A stretch of 64,000 nt of DNA from Tubiluchus corallicola. Its lineage: Eukaryota; Animalia; Priapulida. Location: the NCBI GenBank assembly GCA_030141605.1, contig JAQGDQ010000043.1, positions 310,001-374,000 on the forward strand, read 5' to 3'. The position numbers and the translations under genes were made by a program. Within the stretch, counting starts at the first letter, position 1. Each line of letters starts with the position of its first letter. Under the pieces are notes generated by a model. The model did no database searches and was not told the origin of the DNA. It saw nothing but the letters and a program-made list of their open reading frames with translations. Below are positions 54,011-64,000 of this stretch, one piece after another.

Positions 54011-55870
54011 CTACCATACCTTGCATGCGCTGTATTGCCTATTGTCTATTGTACTTTTGGCAGAGCTAGGTGGCGGGGAGAAAATGCCGCTCTGTCGGCT
54101 GCTTACAGATTAGTTGTTTAAAACATTATGGATTGAGTTTCAGCCTTTGTTAGGTGTTAGGCATGGTTGCTTTTTCGCATTTGGACAACAATTTTGTCAC
54201 CTCTGTACGATCTGCAGCTCAGTTCAATGTGAAATGAATGAAAGTTAAAGACATTAGAATGAAATCCTTATGCTGAGATTTGCAAAGCGTAAATATTTTT
54301 AATTTTAAAAGTTCCTATTTTATGTTCCTAAATTTAGAAAGGGAAAACATAATATTTGCGTGAAATTGAGTTACTGTACTAGTCCCTGCGCTAATTAAAA
54401 ATTCAGAATAAATTAAACTTGGAAGTAAACCAAATTTAAAATATAATCAGTTTTTAATATGAACGTTTGATTAACGAAAAAGAATCTATAACCAATATAA
54501 ATCTACACAGATTTATACACGTATACATAACGTATTTGATTATTTAACATCGGCTGATCACTAAACTTTGACAAAAGGATTATAAAATTGACAAGTTTTC
54601 AAGTTGTACGCGTAATTTCATTCTTTGTGTTAATAAGTTAGTATTAATTTCACTTTTTACTAATAGTGGGTGTTGGCCCATATAATTAAATTATGCCACT
54701 AGTTTTACATTATGCATTTGTTTGTTCTGATGATTTTTAATGCTGTTGTTGTCAGTTTGTATCCCTAAATCTTGTAGCAGAATATTTGAATATCAAATAA
54801 ATAAATGAAATATCGTGTCAAATAGTCAAATTAGCAAAATAAAAAGATAAATAAAGAAAGATAAAATTCGAGTAAGCTAACTTTCAAAATGTTAATTGAG
54901 TGAGTTAATTTGACTTAGCGATGTTACGCTTGATGAATTCAGAGCGTGGAGCCGCCCCAGAGCATCACAGTTTGGTTAAACAGGTCTTGCTTCTTTCCCT
55001 CAGACCCTCACAGCATAAGCGGTTAAGCGTGGACTGCATGAGAGGTGGACGAACTTGGAAACGTGTCTTTACACACAATGATAATGAGAGGGGTGAGTCA
55101 CTTTTGCTTTAGAGTTAGTGATCTTTTGACGAAAACTAGGCTTTTCTTTTTAAATTTTTTGATTAATATAGCTAACATTTACCTTAATTTTATTCGACTT
55201 ATATTTCAACATTTTTATAGATTGTTGAAAACAAAGTAAATACACAGAGACTACAAAGCATTGCTAGGTAGATGAAATGTAACAAATTTGTATTAAAGAG
55301 ACTATACAGTTTAAGATTTACACGGTGGTTGAAATGTGGGCTCAGGCCAAAAAGGTAAATTTGTAGAAGCCCGAGCAGAAAGGGAACATGGAAAGAAAAG
55401 GTGAAAGTAAAAACTAACAAAAAAAGGCCAGGGTTATGGTAACTAATGATAATGCAAATGACAAAGAACACTGAAATGATGAAGATGATGATAGGACTGA
55501 AGACTATATATATATACATACATTGTACATCCCGACATAAATAAAGATTATGTATGTGTGTATATGTCTTGGTACTTCAACTTACTTAAATTGCTTTATT
55601 ACTTCTTCTTGTACAACATGTGGATCATTATGAATAGCTATCGTCTACCATGCATAGCTATCGTAACTAAATTTTTCTGTTTCACACAGCTACTGTGTCA
55701 TTATTCCTGTTTTGTGATAATTTTTCACGTTCCTTTGGTGTAAGTTTGACCAATAAGTTGACGTTTAAGACTATGGCATTTTTTCCAGGGTTGTTAGCTG
55801 TGGTGTGTCTAATAACCTGTGCCATAATTTCAACTTCATTATTATAGTCTAAGACGGCTAAGATGGAATC

Positions 55871-55949
55871 ATGATAAACCTAATCAACCACTGCAGAATG
55901 AGTATGTCCTTTGTTTTCTATGGATTATTGATGTGTACCACATTGCGAG
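55871..55949 (+). CDS. Cad87A: Cadherin-87A-like gene, coding exon 1 (signal peptide)
   Basis: MINLINHCRMSMSFVFYGLLMCTTLRG; donor G|gtaagt at 55950 (phase 1) matches exon 2; upstream acceptor ttttccag at 55788. The start could be a later Met. Confidence 0.7.
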
Positions 55950-56305
55950 GTAAGTAAAGTCTAAATTTATTACCACTGTTATGTACTGTTCAATTTGTTA
56001 CTTTGCTGCAAAGCGTAGACATAGAATGTAAATAAATTTATTATTAATGATGTGGCTAGAATTATCAAAATTATGTAAGTGTGTATTGAATGAATGAATG
56101 AATCAAACATCTTGGCATGACTCCTTCATTTCACAAGTATTACAACTATTTCATTCTTTAAAAAAATTGGTATACAGACCACACTTGCAGGTGTATGTTT
56201 GTGAAACCTTGCCTAAATTACAAACAATAGCACTTATAGTAGCGTATTGAAAAGTTTAAATTTCTATTGCATTTATAGTGATCATACTTATTTTTTTTAA
56301 TTTAG

Positions 56306-56520
56306 GAACCTTTGCACAGTCCAATGAGCCCCCTCACTTTATTAATGATATGGACCAAGAAACAATAAGTGAAAACACACCGGTTGGTACAAAAGTCTAT
56401 ACCCTTGTTGGAGTTGATAGAGACAGAGATCCTGTTCGATATGGAGTAGAAGGAACTACAGCTTTTCGTGTTGATCGAGACAGTGGTGAAGTTTACTTAA
56501 ATGAACCCTTAGACAGAGAG
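56306..56520 (+). CDS. Cad87A: Cadherin-87A-like exon 2 (EC1)
   Basis: tttag|; NEPPHF..DM...ISENTPVGTKVYTLVGVDRD...SGEVYLNEPLDRE; |gtaaga. Confidence 0.92.
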
Positions 56521-57033
56521 GTAAGATCACTATTGTTTATTTAAAAAAATGCAAAAGGTATGCTATTGTCTACACTATATGTATAATAATAAAAGTACAA
56601 TGGAGGTATTGTCTTTTTTCCTAGTAAAGATGTTATCTTCATGTTATCTAGGCAAGATAAAGATGTTATCTAGGCAAGAAAGAGGTATAAACTAACAGTG
56701 ATCAGATGTAGACCGATGGATATAAAAATATGGCAGTGAAGTTCCTAAATTGTTATAATAGTAATGTAGTATCTACAGTTTGTGTACCATCAGTAAAGGA
56801 AAACCAAAATTTTGCTAACTATTTTAGTTTCATGGTGTTTTGTGTTTAAGTCAATTTTTTATTTACACATTTTTTAATTTTACCAATATATGTTCTTAAG
56901 AAATGCTTTGAAACACGAGATGTAAAAGATGTAGATGTTTTTTATTTTTTTGAGCTGTGTTACAAAATTGTAGCATAGTAACTTATGTTGAATTCCTTAA
57001 TTATAAAAAGCTAATTATAAACAACACGTTTAG

Positions 57034-57192
57034 GTGGATGACACGCTGACGTTTTACGTTACCATTGAAGATCAAGTAGGCAGTGGAAATCAGAATAACG
57101 TGGTGAGACATGAAGTCACTGTTATAATCGAGGATGCGAATGATAACCCTCCGGTATTCCACGACTTACCGTACACTGTCTCAATACCTGAG
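57034..57192 (+). CDS. Cad87A: Cadherin-87A-like exon 3
   Basis: VDDTLTFYVTIEDQ...IEDANDNPPVF..LPY...IPE (DxNDNxP linker); phase 0/0. Confidence 0.92.
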
Positions 57193-57601
57193 GTAAAATA
57201 CACAAATACACAAACTAAAGTTGCCTCCCATTACTGTTAACACATAATATATGGAACATGTCTTTATGATGGAATTAATTACACATGGTTTTATATGGTT
57301 GTGTTTTTCAGTTAAAGTCTTTTTACTGAGAACTTCCTGTCATCTATGTAAAAATATTTGTTTATTATGCATTAATGTTCTAATGTTACAATTGCACTGG
57401 ATTTATATGCATTTGTAAATGTATATGTTTGTATGTACACAACGTGCATAAACACACACATATTATATATATATATGTATAATTTGGTGTTCGTTAGGAA
57501 TAGTTCAGCATAATCAGTAGAATGTATTTAATGCTAGATATATTCTTCTTATTTCGATAGGCGCACTTTTTTTAATGTTGATATTTTTTAACTGGTTTCA
57601 G

Positions 57602-57700
57602 AGCTTTTCAGTGAACAATGTCGTGTTTTCTGATATCAGGGTCTCTGATGCAGATATTGGTGGAGCTATTCTTGATGTCACTTGCATGCCAACAGTGCAG
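57602..57700 (+). CDS. Cad87A: Cadherin-87A-like exon 4 (not in ORF track)
   Basis: tttcag|SFSVNNVVFSDIRVSDADIGGAILDVTCMPTVQ|gtaaaa; DxD motif; 99 nt, phase 0/0. Confidence 0.85.
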
Positions 57701-58779
57701 GTAAAATAAATATGTCTCTCACTGAAAGGCTTTCCTAAGCTCAATTTACAGCAGTTTATATTAAATCTGCTATGCTGTTTAGTAGCTAACTGAAGAGGAG
57801 GATGCTTGCTTTATTATAATTTTTGTTCGTGTCTTTCATATGTAAATGACTTATGCTTCTGTGAATAGCCTAAATGAATTCTGTGCTAGTAGATTTGAGT
57901 GAAAGCAGCTGACAGACCTAGCAAATATTACTACACAAAGTTAGAAATAGTTCTTTGTCATTTTGGCTAAGGGTAAAGAATATAGTATCGTGAGAGTGTG
58001 AAACAGTATGACGAAGTGATGTTTACACAGACATTTTTCACGTCCCAGAAAAAAATGACTATTTGTTATTTGCATGCGAGACATGATTTGAAGCAAAACC
58101 ATTAAACTTAGACAAATAACTAAATTTAGGTTACAGGTATAATTTTACTATTTACTGTAGTGAACAGAAAAATTAATACACTTGACTTCATTCTACCTTT
58201 GAACATGTGCAATGCACACAAAAGGGATAGAAAATTTATTTTTAGGTGAAGGAAGGAAAGTGAAGGAAAAGTGCCGCTCACTTCGTTTTGTTTTTAAAAA
58301 TTTGCAAAATTTATAAATCATTGTGTCATTTTTCACTTATTGTTTTTGGGTTTGCTTGTTGATTAGTTTTTTTAAACTTTTACAGAATCAGCACTTTGAC
58401 AATCTATCATGTGGCTTATTTTTATGTGTTCCAATGTTTAACACATTGTGGCTACTCAGAAAGTTGTGAACATCTGGCCGCAACTGGTATTTTATTTAAT
58501 AAGCAAATTTTTAAGAAAATTTGGGTTTTTGTGGTATTTTTGATTTTTTTCTTCAACCAGCGGTAGGCTGTAGCACCCATCTTAGTGGAATTAGCATAAT
58601 AATGTCATCAACATTTTGCCAGTTACAGTCCTTTTGTAACTAAAGATGGTGTGACTGCAAAAATATTCGTTTTGGGAAACCAATAATGCATTGATGGTGA
58701 TATTATGCTAGTTTTCTGTGGCAGTTTTCTTTTTCTTTAGCTTTTTTCATGTAATCACTTTAATTTTTGATTTTTGCAG

Positions 58780-58914
58780 TCCTCAGATGCATGCAACGTG
58801 TTTCGAGTTGAGGCAATAAGTCAAGATTCTGGTTCATGGAGTGGTGCACTTGTGCTGTCCTCCGGTGTTGACTACGAGAACACTGACGTATATCAACTGA
58901 TGCTTGTGGCTAAT
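58780..58914 (+). CDS. Cad87A: Cadherin-87A-like exon 5 (not in ORF track)
   Basis: tttgcag|SSDACNVFRVEAISQDSGSWSGALVLSSGVDYENTDVYQLMLVAN|gtaaga; DYE motif; 135 nt. Confidence 0.88.
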
Positions 58915-60027
58915 GTAAGACAAATTTACCTTATTCATTATACATAACGTAACAGGATTATTAAAAACTTCAGATGCTTGTTAAAATGGCGATTTCAAAT
59001 AGTTTATATGTCTTTCTTGTCTGTTTTAGAATAAATCGTTTTGGGATCTTATTTGAGTTGCAACGTGTAGAATATTATCATATGAACAATAGCAAGTAAT
59101 GAAAGTAATAAATGACCTTTAAATCACTGTGTTATTTAAATTAATGACAAATCACCCTGATTGGCTGCTTGCCTATTGTGGATGCTTGATAAAAACTGAA
59201 AATACGGCTGATTTTTGAAAATTAGAAAGAACTGTTATGTTTGTTTTGCAAAGAGATGATGCAAGAATCTTGCCTCGTTTCGGCCAGTAAAGTTAGGCTG
59301 AGGGCCAACGTAAAAGCACTCATTATGCTGATGTTGGCAGACTGCAAAGCAAAAACAGTGAGCTCTTCATGTGAAAATTTTATGTTTATAGATAAAAGTC
59401 TCTATGTTTTGCAAAATCTCACATTTGCAGTTGTACGTATCACAAAAGTAACATTTTTATCTTATGTGTGCTGATTATCATTCATTTTTGTGAAAATATT
59501 AAACACTGGTACATAGTAATTGATATCTGATAGCTTAATTTTGGAGTATTAGCTAAAACTATGAGTAGCTGTGGCGACCTGTAGTGTGTTTGTTAGAATA
59601 ATTGAGAGCTGAAGAAAGAATAGTTGTCAAACACTGATGTATATATAGACAAGCCTGTACTTGTTCAATGCCTCTTCTTACCAGACTATCCTTCATAACT
59701 AACTAAGTTTTGGTCCCTTCACAACTATCAACATGAGTAGTGAACAATGTCACTGAGTGCTGCATTTTGCACTGTGCTAAAGTGCACAAAAAGTATTGAT
59801 GTTCGGGCGATAGCTATAAATTGCAATAAGTTGATAATCAGAATATATGACACCAGATTCCAGTCCTTTCACAATGATCAGCATTCAGAAGTATGCTCTG
59901 CTATTGATTGCTATAGTCCAGGCTTACTGTGTGTTGCCATATCATTGTATAAAATAATATCGATGGTGGTGATGGTAGCTTGATTAAGTTTATTAATCAG
60001 GACACTATTTTACGCTTGTATTTGCAG

Positions 60028-60141
60028 GATGGTACACTAAAAAGTGAAACAGATGTGATAATAAGAATAGAAGATGTTCAAGACACACCCCCTGTGTTTA
60101 TATCCAGTTTAGCAGGACATGTTAATGAAGGTGTTGAATTG
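60028..60141 (+). CDS. Cad87A: Cadherin-87A-like exon 6
   Basis: tttgcag|DGTLKSETDVIIRIEDVQDTPPVF...VNEGVEL|gtaggt; 114 nt. Confidence 0.9.
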
Positions 60142-62010
60142 GTAGGTCTAATAGTCAGAAAGTTAGAAAAACAGGTCAAATCTTCAAATAAGCTATTAAT
60201 TCTAAAAGCATACAAAATAAAAGAGACCCAACTGTGGACATTTTTGAAAACTTGAAGGATTCAAATGATTTTTTTGACTTGTTTGATGATGTTGCTAAGG
60301 AGTGCACGTACCAGAGATGTCTTATTCATTCAGTTATAAATAAAGTTATTTATCCAAACCTATGAAACTAAATTCTGCTCATTATACGTACAGTTGACTT
60401 AGCAGCATAGTGTGTTAATGCTGTCTCGTCAGGTTTATTTGAAAATGTGTATTTACCATTCAAAACATCATGTTAGCACACAAACTGCCTGCTGCTTTCA
60501 ATGTTTGCATTAATTACTTTGCTACACTTAATTTAACGGCTGTTTATGTGCTGACATGTAACTCTTTACTTTTTTTAACTAAAGGGTTAGCATGTACGTA
60601 AAATCAGTAAAACTGAAACTTCTTCTTGATAGCGGGGCAGTTTAATAAATCCCAACTTTTCCTGTTTGATAATCACCAATCAAACAAAAGACAAAATAAC
60701 TTTCAACTTTCTATTAGCTGAGGTATTATTGCTTTTTGATGTTATGCCTGGCGTAATTATGATATTCGACTTTTTCCATCTGGCAAGTTCATTACAATAA
60801 ATGAAAATAATTTTATTTTATCATTCTATTTCCGTTTACATTAGTTATTTTTAACTGGCACAATTTGTAAAATTTTTTCATTCTTTCTACTGTATTATAT
60901 ACAGTACATTCATTACTGCAACATACGAAATAATGTAATTTTAATTTTCTTTTCTTCTGTTTCTTCAATTTCATTACATTCAATTTTATACTTAATTAGT
61001 ATATACTATATAAATATTGTTAATAATTGTAATTTTGTATAACACATCAAGCGTCAATGTTATAATTCATGCACCTTATTAGAGCAGAGTAGCTTCCTCG
61101 AGACTGCTTGCAGTCATGAAACTACCCTCACGCTTAACTCCTTCAGGACCACACCATTCAAGATAGGTCTTATAAGATGTGGACTTTTTTGTTACTGAAT
61201 GAGCACAGACATAACTAAATGCTTATAAATTAGGTAGCGTTGTATTCAGGAGGATCTCGGCTATTCAGTCACGGTATTTGTTTTAACATTTAATAGTGAT
61301 TTAATTGGATAAAATTAAGAAAAATATGCGTTTTCAGGCACTTCAACTTATCCTATTGAGTAGCTTTTCTGGTGTCCACTTGCGTGATCGAACACACTAA
61401 TTTATTGATCACCTGCTTGCTACAGCCCAAGCTGTGCAGTATTCTGCAGCTATTCCAGCAAAAACCAACCAATCAGTCAAGGACAAATTCAGGTCATTTC
61501 ATATTTTAGCAGGAATTTTTTCTTGAAAACAGCGTAGATTTGAAGCCAAGGTGTATCAGAGTCTTGTGTCTGGATAGTTGAAATTTTCTGCATTAGCCTA
61601 TTTCACACAAGCGATGCGCTATATTGTTACAGTGCAAACACTGCAGTTATTGATTGCTTTTTCTCAATTTTTTTTTGTCAAAAATCGATTAATTTGTCTA
61701 AAGTTAGCATATGCATTTCATATATAATTTTGCATGAAAATCCATGTGTGGGGAGTAGAAACCTACAAAAATGATCAAATATAACGTAATTGCTGCTTAG
61801 TGAGAGAAGTTTTTCATAAACCCGTGCAAAATGCAGCAAACACTTATAGTCCAGAAGGAGTTAAGCAACTATTATTGTCAGCATGTACATTTACTTTCTT
61901 GATTTGCATGTGTGAAATAAATTCTTCTTATATTTTATATCTTATATTAGCGTTCAGAGGTAACAATGATTATTTCCCATTTTCTATTTCTTTTGCTGCT
62001 TTATTTCAAG

Positions 62011-62199
62011 GGAACAGCTGTTATGAGAATTGAAGCCATTGATGGTGACCAGGGGGCACCACGTCCAATTGAGTATGAGCTTCTCGTGAACCCCAATGAT
62101 TACTTTACACTTGATGAGAAAGGAGTGCTCCGCACAGCTAAACCAATCAACCGGGAAGATATAAAGCAGATATCTGGAACACTGAAATTGACTGTGATG
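62011..62199 (+). CDS. Cad87A: Cadherin-87A-like exon 7
   Basis: ttcaag|GTAVMRIEAIDGDQGAPRPIEYEL...INRED...LTVM|gtatgc; 189 nt. Confidence 0.9.
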
Positions 62200-62649
62200 G
62201 TATGCTTATTATACTATTTAGCACAAATATAAGTAACGCGTAGCAAATACAACAAAACAAACAACAATGAGCAAAATGGTTGTACAACCTTGGAAAAACC
62301 TAGATTATTTTTAATTAATTTTCTAGTTGAAATAAATTAAATTTATTACTCTTAAATGTTGTATGATTGATATCTCTGATATTAACTAGCGTATCAAACA
62401 AATTGAAACAGTAAGGTCATGTAGCATTTCAAAAGTTATACACAGTTCTGGCTAAGTCTTTGATTTATTTATACTGCTCATATCAGTCATTTATGCAAAC
62501 TAAGTTTATATATCATATATGTGACCATACGAGGAACTGCTCTCACTAAATAATAAGTCCATCAATCAAAAAGCTTAGATCTGTATATATTTTGTTATAA
62601 TTATGTGTATGCTGTGTTTTCTTATGCATGCATTAATTATTTTTAATAG

Positions 62650-62847
62650 GCAAGAGAAGTCATAGATGTCACAACTGTTGATTCGTCAGAAATGAGTAAG
62701 GCAACAGATATCATGATATCTGTTATGGATGTCAATGATGTTCCACCACACTTTAATCATGACAAGTTTTATGTCACTATAATGGAAAATATCGGTGACC
62801 GTACTCCTCTGCCAGATCTAGATATGTACGTGGTTGACAGAGACAGT
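62650..62847 (+). CDS. Cad87A: Cadherin-87A-like exon 8
   Basis: aatag|AREVID...VMDVNDVPPHF...IMENIG..TPLPDLDMYVVDRDS|gtaagt; 198 nt. Confidence 0.9.
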
Positions 62848-62909
62848 GTAAGTGTAGTGATAGTGAAATGTTTATCCTTAATAGTAGATCTTCTGTAGCT
62901 CATACTGTT

Positions 62910-63082
62910 TTTTCCCTCTCTCTCTATCTTATCCATTTTCTCCTCTTTTGTCTTTCCCTCTCTCTCTGTCTCTCTCTCTCTCTCTCTCTCGTCTCTCTCT
63001 GACTCTCTGTTTTCTCATCCCTCTCTTTCTCACGCCCTCTCTCCATCCCTCTGTCTTTTTCATCTCTCTCACATCTCTCCTC
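62910..63082. repeat. (CT)n-rich intronic tract
   Basis: Directly visible. Confidence 0.9.
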
Positions 63083-63145
63083 AGATGTTTTTCACTTTGC
63101 CACATATCAAAAATTTTGCTTTGTTTCATTTTTATGTATTTTCAG

Positions 63146-63304
63146 GGTATCAATTCTGTATTTGAAATATTTCTTGTGGGAGGAGACAACATTTTTAGTG
63201 TTATTCCACGCATAGCAACAGGTTCAGCTTCTGTTAGTATTCGTGTTGATAACTCTTCACGCCTAGATTATGAGCAGCTGGATAACAATGTGTTTACACT
63301 CCAG
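63146..63304 (+). CDS. Cad87A: Cadherin-87A-like exon 9 (gene continues beyond window)
   Basis: tttcag|GINSVFEIFL...FSVIPRIATGSASVSIRVDNSSRLDYE...FTLQ|gtataa. The LPDLDM.V.D.D.G.NS.F...ATGSASVSIRV segment is what I recognise as Cad87A-family; orthology not verified. Confidence 0.88.
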
Positions 63305-64000
63305 GTATAACTTGGTTTAATTCAGTAAATATGTCATAGTTCAGAATTTGTAAAAAGAAGTGTCTGGTTCAGTTTGTATTTAGTAGTTTCCTGTTACTGT
63401 TGTGTCAAATAAAATTACTGTTAACATTTGTACTTAATTATTTGCCTGGACTCAGTAACGAAGGCATTTGGCTTTTTTCATGGTAATAAAGAACTTTTTT
63501 ATGTGAACTGCAGTTGAAGATATGAGTGCTACCGATTAATTGGAAGGTGGACCGAATACAAACTTCTTTCCAGAATGAAAATTAATACTTAACATTCGGA
63601 GACAAATCTTATCTGATTGCAAGATTCAGACTGTAGAATAAATTGATGTTAAATATCAAGAACTTGAACTATCAACATTTTTAAAAAATGTCTTAAGACA
63701 TTCCTTTTTAAGTGTGGTTGTTTTAGCGGTTCTTATATACGCAGGGCTGGAAGTAGCTGCAGTGATTCTATGTATTGTAATTAAACAGTTATGTGTGATC
63801 ACTGCTGTACATTTCTAAACAGTTTTATGTCTTTTATTTTAAAAATGTGATAATACTTTTTAACCTACTAGAGTGACTTAAATGTATTATTAATAGCTAG
63901 TTATAAATGTATCAATTTATCTAAATATTTCAGTACAACTTTCAGTTTGTTTATTACTGAATATGCTAGGTTGTGGTATTTTGTTACCTGATTTTACACT

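Noticed and set aside
56626-56680. Short duplicated aaagatgttatctaggcaaga motif in a cadherin intron (similar small duplication at ~52184-52235)
   Set aside because: Ordinary local slippage duplications; no regular repeat-spacer structure, so not CRISPR-like.

Overview
AT-rich, intron-containing animal genomic DNA (GT-AG introns, microsatellites, decayed LINEs/SINEs), probably invertebrate; the species cannot be determined from the sequence. From left to right: (1) a single-exon class A GPCR pseudogene (-; 4244-5244); (2) a two-exon gene for a ~276-aa secreted Asp-rich protein whose signal-peptide exon (6553-6594) is missing from the ORF track; (3) ~24 kb with no coding gene I can support, only repeats; (4) the main feature, a ~3890-aa secreted protein in which one 11.3-kb exon (signal peptide, PCxC motif, ~3700-aa coiled-coil-like rod with nested 28/196-aa, ~140-aa and 29-aa repeats, ~70 N-glycosylation sequons, basic neck) splices in frame to a C-terminal globular C1q exon (45549-45958); (5) two decayed RTE-X-like LINEs in tandem plus an RTE fragment; (6) the first nine coding exons of a Cad87A-like cadherin, which runs off the window end. 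Splice models were read by eye and phase-checked, but there is no transcript evidence.
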